64,000 nt of DNA. Source: Rhodothermales bacterium (GTDB taxonomy: Bacteria; Bacteroidota; Rhodothermia; Rhodothermales; BA12). A program made the position numbers and the translations under genes. Positions 36,701 to 44,837 of the stretch are shown in pieces (the stretch's first letter is position 1; each line of letters begins with the position of its first letter). The notes below the pieces were generated by a model. It did no database searches. It saw nothing but the letters and a program-made list of their open reading frames with translations, and was not told the origin of the DNA. The stretch is from NCBI GenBank assembly GCA_963841855.1, contig CAWJEJ010000003.1, positions 384,946 to 448,945 of the forward strand, read 5' to 3'.

Positions 36701-37489
36701 GAAACGGCGGCGGAGCGGAGTGATGGCGCCATAGACCGGAAACGGCGAGAGGTAGTCGCGCCACGCGAAGCGTCCGCCATGTGGACCGTTGGAGCGCAGC
36801 GGATGATGCCCCACCACGAGCAGGTGGTCCTTGCGGTTGCGATAGAGCACGTCCGACAGCTCGGCCAGCACGTCGGCGGGCTCGGAGACTTCGTAGCCGC
36901 CCGCGTCGCCGGTCGCGCGCTGCTCGGTGAACCACCACTGCGTGTCGAGCACGACCATCGTGATGCCGTCGGCCAGTTCGAGGGTGACGGGGCCGGGCAG
37001 GCCGTCGTTGGGTAAGAACGTGTCGCCTCGGTCCAGATACGACTCGACGAACGCCTCCTGCCGGGCCACGGCTTCGGGGTCCTGCCGGATGCCGCCTCGG
37101 TCTTCGCCCCAGTCGTGGTTGCCGGGGATAAACACGATGCGGCCCTCGAAGTCTTCTACGGCCCGGAGTTGCACCAACAGACGCTCCTCGGATTGCGCGC
37201 GGTCGGGGTGCTCCTCGGGCACCAGCCCGTCGGGATAGATGTTGTCGCCCAGAAAGACGACGGCGCTCTGCTCGCCGGCCTGCGCCAGTTTGCGCTCGAG
37301 CAGCGTCAAAACCGGATGGCCGACCGCCGACCCGGCGTCTCCGATCAGAAACACGCGGTAGCGCAGCTGATCGGCGGGCGGTTGAACGATAGGATTCGGT
37401 TCGAGACCGGCGGGCTGCGAAGCCGCGCATCCGCCCATCACGAGCAGGGCTAGAAGCAGCAGCAGTATCGGGTGGTGGACCGAGCGCAT
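33770..37489 (-). CDS. calcineurin-like metallophosphoesterase fused to a C-terminal Omp85-type beta-barrel (1239 aa)
   Basis: Lipoprotein signal (LLALLVMGGC). MPE motifs FLIGDAG, FLGDNIY, IPGNHD and GHEHS. The C-terminal ~330 aa have barrel strands with LRGYRSTRFAG and end in GLGFAF. Confidence 0.8.
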   Translation of the reverse strand: MRSVHHPILLLLLALLVMGGCAASQPAGLEPNPIVQPPADQLRYRVFLIGDAGSAVGHPVLTLLERKLAQAGEQSAVVFLGDNIYPDGLVPEEHPDRAQSEERLLVQLRAVEDFEGRIVFIPGNHDWGEDRGGIRQDPEAVARQEAFVESYLDRGDTFLPNDGLPGPVTLELADGITMVVLDTQWWFTEQRATGDAGGYEVSEPADVLAELSDVLYRNRKDHLLVVGHHPLRSNGPHGGRFAWRDYLSPFPVYGAITPLRRRFFGNRQDLASPPYRSLRREVGGLLARQEHVVYAAGHEHSLQHFRALTSNAQTDYVVSGAGSGASYSDSDGALFARSEAGFASIGYYADGSSWLEMWTPSDSDQGRMLYRTRLKPAAAQTPDSVSAAQPASVAALPDSMTLAAGARYAGAGSVRTLIQGEGWRDVWGTPVTAPVLDIGTDLGGLTPIRTGGNSQSTTLWLRAADGKTWMLRSIDKATARSWSPQMRRTLAGTVIQERIGLQHPYGALMVPPLGDAVGMLHTNPRLVYVPDDPRMGPFQGVLAGQIVLLEERPDEDMSDVPSMGGATNVIGSAKLFREIDGDNDHRVEADSWVRSRLVDMLVSDHDRTTDNVRWAAFEPHERDSTLTGDDRTQGKVYVPIPRDRDMAFLQVDGLAPRAYRYFAEPTWQDFDDEYGMIGGLNSKPMPLDRRFAAALTGDDWTRIAREVQASLTDSVLLASVQALPPPVYRQSGDETLRILRERRDDLVRVAERYYAIIAQAADVVGSHKHERFEITEHADGTTEIAMFKTSKEGEIRKELFRRVYRPSETQEIRLYGRGGRDHFVVQGPGPARVLVRAIGGAGEDTFDLAGAAGRGNKLMVYDTPASTEVASGPRTHLMLSDDLRVNRYDRMDFRLNRATRVPILGYTPDDGLVVGAAGQVTRFGFRKAPFSYQHRILARFGTADRAFDLQYRGLLPRLFGAWDLDADVSIETPGSDYNYYGLGNETVEARSNSFYRTQFGRITARPLLSRRVAPGVTFRAGPDVAYIDVQEDGERFSGTPQAGISDGTFGRLLFAGATSTLDVDAVDLDANPRQGFRWRSSVTARAGLSKSADPYARMGSALTLYLTPTNERQFTIATRVGAETVIGSFPFFDAATLGASSGLRGYRSTRFAGRTSFYQNLDLRVELLSFSGLLGYGELGALVFADNGRVWTDDESSRRWHQGYGGGLWAYIYDAATVVASYGRSVEGGALTVGLGFAF

Positions 37490-37559
37490 GAGCGGAGGTA
37501 TGGAGGCAGACGGGACAACGCGGCGCGGCGTGTCGGGATGAGTACGTGAGACGAAAAAG

Positions 37560-37593
37560 CCTCGGCACGCACGCCTATACTCGTGCGTGCCGA
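37560..37593 (-). terminator. 13-bp perfect hairpin, T-run on minus strand
   Basis: CTCGGCACGCACG / CGTGCGTGCCGAG around an 8-nt loop. On the minus strand it is followed by GCTTTTTCG (complement of 37551-37559, CGAAAAAGC). It lies downstream of the lipoprotein gene 37692..38309. Confidence 0.65.
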
Positions 37594-37691
37594 GACCATC
37601 CGGCGGTCACCTTGCCCCACGCTCGCTGACCTGCCGGAAGAATGCCGCTCGCCCGCGCTTGGGATCCACGCGGTAGCGAGCGGTAGGCGAG

Positions 37692-38309
37692 TCAGCGCAG
37701 ATCGATGCGCTGCGAGGTGCGCAGCGTCAGGCGCGATCCGGCGTCGAGGACGGCGTCGGCGTTGCTGGTGGCGAACGAGATGACCGTTCCGGCACCGGCA
37801 CCCAAGGCGGCGCCCCGGACGGCGTCTTTGAGGTCGCCGCCGACGATCAGCCCGATGAGCGCGCCCGCTGCTGCACCGCGCGCGGCGTCGCGGCCCAAGC
37901 TGCGGTCGCTGTCGCGGTCCGTGTCGGCGCTGACCACATCGGCCGCGAAGTCGCTCGTGCGTCCGTTGACGCGAATGCGGTCGAAGTCGATTCGGAGGGC
38001 GGCGCTTTCGGTCGCGTTGCTGGACGGCGAGACGCCCGTTACGGTGCCATAGACAGTCGATCCGGCAGGGATGGCGACTCCGCCGCGCCGCGCCACGAGG
38101 TCTTCCGAAACCGAAGCCGTGAAGGTGTCGCCGACGCGAGCCGTCGAGGTGCTGACCGACTGATCCATGCGAACGGCGAGGTCGACGCCCTGAGGCAACT
38201 GGGACGTGTTCACCGGAACGGCGCCGCCGCCATCGGACGAAGCGAGCGTGCGCGCGTTTTGGCAGCCGGTGAGGGCGACGAGCAGGAGGAGAAAGAGAGA
38301 GAAGCGCAT
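37692..38309 (-). CDS. hypothetical lipoprotein with glycine-zipper C-terminal region
   Basis: ATG at 38309 gives MRFSLFLLLLVALTGC. C-terminal AARGAAAGALIGLIVGG…GAALGAGAGTVI. Confidence 0.6.
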   Translation of the reverse strand: MRFSLFLLLLVALTGCQNARTLASSDGGGAVPVNTSQLPQGVDLAVRMDQSVSTSTARVGDTFTASVSEDLVARRGGVAIPAGSTVYGTVTGVSPSSNATESAALRIDFDRIRVNGRTSDFAADVVSADTDRDSDRSLGRDAARGAAAGALIGLIVGGDLKDAVRGAALGAGAGTVISFATSNADAVLDAGSRLTLRTSQRIDLR

Positions 38310-38524
38310 AGCGGAGAGGGAGAGAAGGCGAACGAGCCGCCGGATGAGGAGCGAGCCGGGTGGCCCACGAGTGAGATAGGGTCTACCAGAGACGCGCCGA
38401 GCGGTTACCGGCGTGCGCCACCGGATGCGCATGGTGAAGCAGACGATTTCGGCGTGGTGACGAGCACCACGGCACGCGCGTTGGTATCCGCTTAGATTGG
38501 CGCCTCCCTCCTACCGCGCCCGCC

Positions 38525-39172
38525 ATGCCCACCCGCGTCTACGTCGTCGACGATCACGTCGTCACCCGCAAAGGCTACGTCTTCCTGCTCGACCGCGAGG
38601 CCGACATGACCGTCTGCGGCGAAGCCGACTCGGCCGAGGAAGCCCTGACTGGCCTGCGCGAGACTGAGGCCGACGTAGTCGTCGCCGATCTGCGGATGGA
38701 CGGCATGAGCGGACTCGAACTGGTCAAGCGCATCGGCGACGAGCACGCCGAGTTACCCGTGCTGATCGTGTCGATGCACGACGAAGCGCTCTACGCCGAG
38801 CGCGCACTTGCGGCAGGCGCGCGAGGCTACCTGATGAAGAACAAAGCCGGACCGCTCGTCGTCGACGCGATCCGCAAGCTGGCACGAGGCGGCGTGTATT
38901 TCAGCGAGCGGATGAACGCGCAGATGCTGACCGGGCGCAGGCGCTCGGAGCCGGGACCGGCGGGCGTCGTGTCGAGCCTGAGCGATCGCGAACTAGAAGC
39001 GTTCGAGCACCTGGGCAGTGGCCTGACGACGGCGCAGATCGCCGACGCGATGGCGATTAGCCCCAACACGGTCGAGTCGTACCGCGCCCGCCTCAAAGCC
39101 AAGCTGGGCCTGTCGAGCGGCGCCGAACTGACGCGCTTCGCGATGCAGCACGCTTCGGATCAAGGCCTGTGA
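38525..39172 (+). CDS. NarL/FixJ-type response regulator (receiver + LuxR HTH)
   Basis: VYVVDDH…VVVADLRMDGMSG and LSDRELEAFEHLGSGLTTAQIADAMAISPNTVESYR. Confidence 0.9.
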   Translation: MPTRVYVVDDHVVTRKGYVFLLDREADMTVCGEADSAEEALTGLRETEADVVVADLRMDGMSGLELVKRIGDEHAELPVLIVSMHDEALYAERALAAGARGYLMKNKAGPLVVDAIRKLARGGVYFSERMNAQMLTGRRRSEPGPAGVVSSLSDRELEAFEHLGSGLTTAQIADAMAISPNTVESYRARLKAKLGLSSGAELTRFAMQHASDQGL

Positions 39173-40449
39173 CGGGCGACGATTCGGGTAGCGCATTGGA
39201 TAGCCGCGCGCTGCCCCCCGCGTTCTCGCGCGTGCTGCTGACGGCAGAGTTGCTGCGCGCGCGCACGCTGGCACTCTTCTTCGGACTGCTGCTAGCGCTG
39301 GTAGTCGTGCGCGGCTTGATCGAGCTGACATGCGGAATGGACGCGGCAACGCTAGCGGCGGGTCTATGGCCTCCGGTCGTCGTGCTGGGCGGGCTGGCGG
39401 CGACCGAAGCGCTAGCGTGGCGGCTAGCCTGGCGGCACCGGGGCAGCGGCACGGCGGTACCGGGCGTGCTATGGTTTCTGCTGACTCTGATTGAGGTCGG
39501 CGGACTGACGGCCGGCATGATCCTACTCGAATCGGGGCAAACTTCTCGGCCCGACCTGTCGGGCGAGGTAACGCTGCTGCTGCTGTTCCTCTCGCTCTCA
39601 GCGTTGCGACTGAGCTTTGGGGCGTCGGCGTTTACGGGCGCGTGCATCGCCGCCGGGTTTCTGGTGATGGTGGCGGCGCGGACGGCCAGCGGAGGCGTGC
39701 CGGGCGAAGACTACCTGTGGACGATGCTCGTGATCGTGGGCAGCGGCGTGGCGGTCGGCCTGATGGCGCAGGCCGTCCGCAAGCAGGCGCTGCGGCTGGT
39801 GCGCGTCGTCGAGGAGCGCGAGCAGTTGCAGCGCGACGTGCTTTCGGCGACCGAGCGCGAGCAGGCCCGCATCGGGCGCGATCTGCACGACAGCGTCGGT
39901 GCCCACCTGACGGGCGTCTCGTTCTACACGCGCGGCCTGCTGCGCGGCGTCGAGCAGGACCAGGCGCCGACGGCGGACGAGTTGCGGATGCTCGCCGAGC
40001 TAGTCGAAGGCGGCGTGGCGCAGGTGCGCTCGATCTCGCGCGGCCTGACGCCGAGCGAGTTGGGCGAAACCGGGCTGGCTGCGGCGCTCGAAGAACTGGC
40101 AGCGAGCAGCGAGGCGGTGAGCGGCGTGCGGTGCACATTTGATCTGAGTGGAACGCCGACGGCGCTGGACGCCTCGACGCGCGAACACCTCTACCGCATC
40201 GCCCAGGAATCGCTGACCAACGCCCTCAAACACGCAGCGCCGACACTCGTTGCCCTAGATCTAGCATACGAATCGGACGGGCTAGTGCTGACCGTGCGCG
40301 ACGACGGGCCGGGCTGCCAGGAAGGAGCGACAGCCGGCAGTGGAATGCGGACGATGCGTCAGCGGGCGCAGCTGATCGGGGCGCAAGTAGAAGTAACTCA
40401 GGACAGCGGATGCGTGGTGCGCTGCACGTTGCAGAGGCGAGAGCGGTGA
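39169..40449 (+). CDS. sensor histidine kinase (HisKA_3 / NarX-DegS type) with polytopic N-terminal domain
   Basis: The GTG start overlaps the regulator stop (GTGA). RIGRDLHDSVGAHLTG (H-box), LYRIAQESLTNALKHA, VRDDGPG. Confidence 0.85.
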   Translation: MTGDDSGSALDSRALPPAFSRVLLTAELLRARTLALFFGLLLALVVVRGLIELTCGMDAATLAAGLWPPVVVLGGLAATEALAWRLAWRHRGSGTAVPGVLWFLLTLIEVGGLTAGMILLESGQTSRPDLSGEVTLLLLFLSLSALRLSFGASAFTGACIAAGFLVMVAARTASGGVPGEDYLWTMLVIVGSGVAVGLMAQAVRKQALRLVRVVEEREQLQRDVLSATEREQARIGRDLHDSVGAHLTGVSFYTRGLLRGVEQDQAPTADELRMLAELVEGGVAQVRSISRGLTPSELGETGLAAALEELAASSEAVSGVRCTFDLSGTPTALDASTREHLYRIAQESLTNALKHAAPTLVALDLAYESDGLVLTVRDDGPGCQEGATAGSGMRTMRQRAQLIGAQVEVTQDSGCVVRCTLQRRER

Positions 40450-40876
40450 GCCAGTGCCAGGCGGCCGAGCGCTTCAGTCCGCGCATCCAGTTGGATTCCA
40501 GCCACCCGGGTTGTCTGTAGACGTCGAGCACGGCCGCATTGCCCCGGGCTCCGGGGCGCCCCGCCTGCACTTCGAAGCGAAAGTGTCGGTAGGGCAGGTT
40601 GGTGTAGGTGGCCCGCCGCTGCGCTCCTACCTCGAGCGAGTTCTCGCTAAAGCCGACGAGCCGGTAGCGGTAGCGAAGTTCGGACGGGCGGTCGGACGGC
40701 GGGTCGGATAGCACCACCTCGCCGATGACCGGGAGTTGGATCGGGCAGTTGGCTATCGTCGCGGGATCGACGCACACCAGTCCGTCCTGCGTCGGAAACG
40801 ATAGGCGGAGGAGAGCGCTGCTCAGGCCTGGGAGATCGGTCCGGTCGGACTGCTCGCGCGATGCGCACGGTTGCAC
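40450..40876 (-). pseudogene. remnant of a Y_Y_Y-domain (two-component regulator propeller type) sensor
   Basis: LRYRYRLVGFSENSLEVGAQRRATYTNLPYRHFRFEVQA…VYRQPGWLESNW matches the Ig-like Y_Y_Y module just before the TM helix of sensors such as 48888..52118. No propeller is present upstream and no kinase downstream. The ORF runs into the 3' end of the kinase gene on the other strand. Confidence 0.5.
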
Positions 40877-40921
40877 GTGCTCGCCGCGTTAACTTTGGAG
40901 TCCCACTCATCTCCCGGCTCC

Positions 40922-42757
40922 ATGTCCGCACGCACGATCGTCCTCTTGCTTCTTGCCTTCGGGCTCGCTCCGATGGCTCACGCCCAGACAGCTGGCCCCG
41001 TCTTCGTCGACGGTCAGGCGCAGGTCGTGGCGGCGTTCGAAGATCCGGACGACTGGATCCGCGAGGAGCTGTGGGTCGAGACCAGTTTCGATTCGGACGG
41101 CGACGGCGCGATGGACCGCGTCCACGTAGCCGTCACGCGTCAGGCGCAGACGGACGATGGGCTCAAGGTGCCGGTCGTCTACGAAACGAGCCCCTACTTC
41201 GCAGGCACGGCGTCGCTGGGCGATCTGTTTTGGAACGTCGAGCATGAGATCGGCGATACGCCGCCGAGCCGGGGAGCCGCTCAGAAGTTCGAGGCGCGCA
41301 ACAGCCCAGGCATCTCGCGTTCGCAGGAGCAGTCCTGGCTGCCACGCGGGTTCGCCGTCGTCCACTCGTCGTCGCCCGGAACGGGGCTCTCGCAGGGCTG
41401 CCCGACCGTCGGCGGTTCGAACGAAGCCCTCGCGCCCAAAGCAGTCGTCGACTGGCTCAACGGGCGGGCGCGCGGCTTCACGCAGCCCAATGGTGGCGAC
41501 GAGGTGACGGCCGATTGGTCGACCGGAAAAGTCGGTATGACGGGGACGTCGTACAACGGCGCGCTGCCGGTCATGGCTGCCACGACCGGAGTCGACGGGC
41601 TGGAGGCGATCATTCCGATTGCGCCGGTCACGTCGTGGTACTACTACTACCGCTCCAACGGCGCCGTCCGCAGTCCGGGCGGCTACCTGGGCGAGGACGC
41701 CGACGTGCTCTACGACTTTATCCACAGCCGCGATTCGGACCGCTGGGACTATTGCAACCAGACGTACCGCGACGGCGAGATGGCGCACGGGCTGAGTAGG
41801 GAGACGGGAGACGTGACACCGTTCTGGGCCGCGCGCGACTACATCGCCCAGGCCGGTAACGTCCGCGCGGCCACGCTGATGGCGCACGGCTTCAACGACT
41901 GGAACGTGATGACCGAGAACAGTTTTGAGTTCGCCAAGGCGATCGAAAACAGAGGCGTGCCGGTCCAATACTACTATCACCAGCAAGGCCACGGCGGAGC
42001 GCCCCCGATGCGGCTGATGAACCGCTGGTTCACGCGCTACCTCTATGGCGTCGAGAATGGAGTCGAAAACGATCCGCGCGCCTGGATCGTGAGAGAAAAC
42101 GACGACCGCATGGAGCCGACGCCCTACGCCTCGTTCCCCAACCCCGAGTCGCAATCTGTCCCGCTCTACGCGAGGGCAACGCGCACCGTCGCCGACGGCA
42201 GCAATGTGATGGGCAGCCTGAGCCTGACGCGCGGCGACGCTGCGCAGGGCATGGCGACGCTCTCGGACGACGTGTCGCAGAACGGCCAGTCGCTGTCGGA
42301 CTTCGCGCCCAACGCGGCCCGCCTGCTCTACGTCACGCCGCGCCTCCAGACGCCGCTGCACCTCTCGGGCGTAACACGCGTGTCGATGCGCCTCTCGTCC
42401 GACAAACCGGCGGCCAACGTGTCGGTCTGGCTCGTCTCGCTGCCGTGGTCGGACGGGTGGCACAAGGCGGGCGGCGGCATCACGCGCGGCTGGGCCGATC
42501 CGCAGAACGCTCAGGCGCTCGACAGCAGCGCTCCGCTCGTACCCGGCCAGTTCGTCGACCTCTCGTTCGACCTTCAGCCCGACGACGAGATCATCGCCGC
42601 CGGCCAGATGCTCGGCCTGATGGTGTTTTCGAGCGATCCCGAGTTCTTGCTCCATCCAGCCGCCGGCACCCAACTCACGCTCGATCAGGACGCTCTGATG
42701 GTCCAGCTTCCCGTCGTTGGTGGAAGCGAAGCTCTGAGCGCGGCCTTCGGCTACTAA
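40922..42757 (+). CDS. Xaa-Pro dipeptidyl-peptidase (S15, CocE/NonD family)
   Basis: Signal peptide MSARTIVLLLLAFGLAPMAHAQ. VPVVYETSPY and MTGTSYNG (GxSYxG nucleophile). C-terminal beta-sandwich. Confidence 0.85.
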   Translation: MSARTIVLLLLAFGLAPMAHAQTAGPVFVDGQAQVVAAFEDPDDWIREELWVETSFDSDGDGAMDRVHVAVTRQAQTDDGLKVPVVYETSPYFAGTASLGDLFWNVEHEIGDTPPSRGAAQKFEARNSPGISRSQEQSWLPRGFAVVHSSSPGTGLSQGCPTVGGSNEALAPKAVVDWLNGRARGFTQPNGGDEVTADWSTGKVGMTGTSYNGALPVMAATTGVDGLEAIIPIAPVTSWYYYYRSNGAVRSPGGYLGEDADVLYDFIHSRDSDRWDYCNQTYRDGEMAHGLSRETGDVTPFWAARDYIAQAGNVRAATLMAHGFNDWNVMTENSFEFAKAIENRGVPVQYYYHQQGHGGAPPMRLMNRWFTRYLYGVENGVENDPRAWIVRENDDRMEPTPYASFPNPESQSVPLYARATRTVADGSNVMGSLSLTRGDAAQGMATLSDDVSQNGQSLSDFAPNAARLLYVTPRLQTPLHLSGVTRVSMRLSSDKPAANVSVWLVSLPWSDGWHKAGGGITRGWADPQNAQALDSSAPLVPGQFVDLSFDLQPDDEIIAAGQMLGLMVFSSDPEFLLHPAAGTQLTLDQDALMVQLPVVGGSEALSAAFGY

Positions 42758-42769
42758 ACGCTCTCTACG

Positions 42770-43135
42770 ATGCTTCGCCTTTTCGCATTACTCCTGCTCA
42801 CATCGGGCTGCAGCGGGCTGTGTCCTCGTGACGGCTCCCCCGAAAAGGCGGCGTGCGAGCAGCAGATCGAGGACGACAGGGCCACTGCGCAGAGCGGATG
42901 GAGAAATGGGGAGCGTGCGCGCGACGAGAGGAGCGCTCCGCGGCAGGCACGCTTCGCGTCGGACCTGAAACGGGGAATGACGCGGACCGAACTGAGCGAT
43001 CTCGCCGGCGCGCCTGACCGGAGACAGGCCATCGACGGTCGGGAGACGTGGTCGTTCTACGTGGATGGCCAGCGCGCCCTCGCCGTAACGCTCGTCGACG
43101 GCCTCGTGACCCAATGGCGCCACGTCGTGCGGTGA
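42770..43135 (+). CDS. small lipoprotein with SmpA/OmlA (BamE-like) C-terminal module
   Basis: MLRLFALLLLTSGC lipobox. GMTRTELSDLAGAPD…ETWSFYV…VTLVDGLV resembles the BamE fold pattern. Confidence 0.5.
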   Translation: MLRLFALLLLTSGCSGLCPRDGSPEKAACEQQIEDDRATAQSGWRNGERARDERSAPRQARFASDLKRGMTRTELSDLAGAPDRRQAIDGRETWSFYVDGQRALAVTLVDGLVTQWRHVVR

Positions 43136-43267
43136 AGGCTGCGCTAGCAGGTCGACCGGTGCGAAGAATCGGAGCATGAGTCCTCGTTACGTGGTATCGA
43201 ATCCGCGGCCCCACGCTCATGCCGCTCACCCGCGAGACCAATTCGCTATCCGCCTAACCCAACTACC

Positions 43268-44227
43268 ATGCGCGTCATACTTCCCGGAGGATCCGGCCAG
43301 ATCGGAACGCTGCTCGCCCGAGCGCTGACGCGCGATGGGCACCGAGTCGTCGTACTCAGCCGCCCGCCCGCTGGCGACGATCAGCCGTGGCGCACCGTCG
43401 TGTGGGACGGAAAGACGCTGGGTGAGTGGACCGACGAGTTGGAAGGCGCTGATCTGGTTGTCAACCTTGCGGGATACAGCGTCGACTGTCGATACTCCGA
43501 AGCCAACCGACGCCGCATCCTGGACTCGCGCGTCGACTCGACGCGCGTCCTCGGCCAGGCGCTCGCCCAGGCCGACGATCCGCCGCGCGTCTGGCTCCAA
43601 TCCAGCACGGCGACCATCTACGCGCACCGGTTCGACGCGCCCAACGACGAAGCCACCGGCATCTTGGGCGGAGACGAACCGGACGTGCCCGACACGTGGC
43701 GGTTCAGCATCGACGTGGCCCGATCGTGGGAGGAAGCAGCGCGCGCGACAGTCCCCGACGGCGTGCGGCTCGTCCTGCTGCGCTCGGCGATGGTGATGAG
43801 CCCGGACGCAGGCGGCGTGTTCGACGTACTGCTCGGATTGGTCCGCCGGGGGCTGGGCGGCACGTCGGGGAGCGGGCGGCAGTACGTGTCGTGGATCCAC
43901 GCGGACGATTTCGTGCGCGCGATCTATCATCTGGCCGAGCGCGACGATCTGAGCGGTCCGGTCAACCTCGCCGCTCCCCATCCGCTGCCCAACTCAGATT
44001 TTATGCGCGCGCTTCGCCAGGCGTGGGGCACGCGCATCGGCCTGCCGGCGACCGACTGGATGCTCGAAATCGGCGCGCTAATGCTGCGGACCGAAACCGA
44101 GTTGGTCCTCAAAAGTCGGCGCGTCGTTCCGGGCCGATTGCTGGACTCGGGGTTCGCGTTCAGATTCGCCGAGTGGCCTCCTGCTGCTATCGATCTGGTT
44201 GCGCAGTGGCGCGAGCGGCGGAGATGA
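43268..44227 (+). CDS. TIGR01777-family epimerase-like protein (SDR39U1, DUF1731 C-terminus)
   Basis: ILPGGSGQIGTLLARAL…VVNLAG…SRVDSTRVL…GSGRQYVSWIHADD…LKSRRVVPGRLLDSGFAFRF. Confidence 0.8.
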   Translation: MRVILPGGSGQIGTLLARALTRDGHRVVVLSRPPAGDDQPWRTVVWDGKTLGEWTDELEGADLVVNLAGYSVDCRYSEANRRRILDSRVDSTRVLGQALAQADDPPRVWLQSSTATIYAHRFDAPNDEATGILGGDEPDVPDTWRFSIDVARSWEEAARATVPDGVRLVLLRSAMVMSPDAGGVFDVLLGLVRRGLGGTSGSGRQYVSWIHADDFVRAIYHLAERDDLSGPVNLAAPHPLPNSDFMRALRQAWGTRIGLPATDWMLEIGALMLRTETELVLKSRRVVPGRLLDSGFAFRFAEWPPAAIDLVAQWRERRR

Positions 44228-44333
44228 GGATTACGCTTCCCCAACGCACGGACTCGTAGGGACGAGACTTTTCTCGACTGGCGGCAAGAGCAGCGCATCT
44301 CGTATCGGAACGACCTGCGACGCGCGCCCTCTG

Positions 44334-44837
44334 TCAGCGGACGAGGCGCGATCCGTCTGGCAACGGGTCTCCCAGGCGCAGCACGCGCGGGCCAGCGATT
44401 CCGAACGTATCGCATACGGCGTCCACCAGCCCATCGCGCACGACGAGCAGCACGCGCGGTCCGCCGGGCGACTGGGCGCGCGATACGGCTTCGCGGACAG
44501 CAGGTGCGATTCCTGCCCCTCTGAGTTCGAGCGGACCGACTTCGTCGATCACGATCCACCTCTCGCCCGCATTGGCGCCGAGCGCGTCGATGACACAGGT
44601 GTTGGCCCAGGCGAGTGTCGAAGCTGAGAACGTGAACCGGCCGACGCGCACTTGGTCCTGCTCTGGCGTCGCCGCGCCGGCTTCCAAAGCGCGCGATTGG
44701 CCGGATCGGAGGCAGAGCACGCGGCGGCTTCCGCCAGCGACGGGTTGCAATATGCCGCTCGATTGGCCGGGAGGAAAGGCCGAGAGCAGAGCCGTCGTCT
44801 TACCGGTTCGGATCGGGCCGGTGAAGATCGCGATCAC
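44334..44837 (-). CDS. THEP1-like P-loop NTPase
   Basis: GTG start inside a GTGA overlap with the upstream gene. Walker A GPIRTGKTT. Walker B context WIVIDEVGPLELRGAG (compare THEP1 IDEIGKMEL). Confidence 0.65.
   Translation of the reverse strand: MIAIFTGPIRTGKTTALLSAFPPGQSSGILQPVAGGSRRVLCLRSGQSRALEAGAATPEQDQVRVGRFTFSASTLAWANTCVIDALGANAGERWIVIDEVGPLELRGAGIAPAVREAVSRAQSPGGPRVLLVVRDGLVDAVCDTFGIAGPRVLRLGDPLPDGSRLVR

Noticed and set aside
43185-43215. tRNA-like fragment (ACGTGGTATCGAATCCGCGGCCCCACG) resembling a T-arm, which might mark an att site.
   Set aside because: Only a 5-bp stem forms, with a 16-nt loop. The T-loop consensus GTTCGAATC is broken, and there is no acceptor arm or flanking mobile genes.
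3224-44837. Recurrent GTGA stop/start overlaps (3224-3227, 10116-10119, 39169-39172, 44834-44837) as a special signal.
   Set aside because: Four-base GTGA/ATGA overlaps are the common form of translational coupling in high-GC bacteria. They are useful for operon calls but not unusual.
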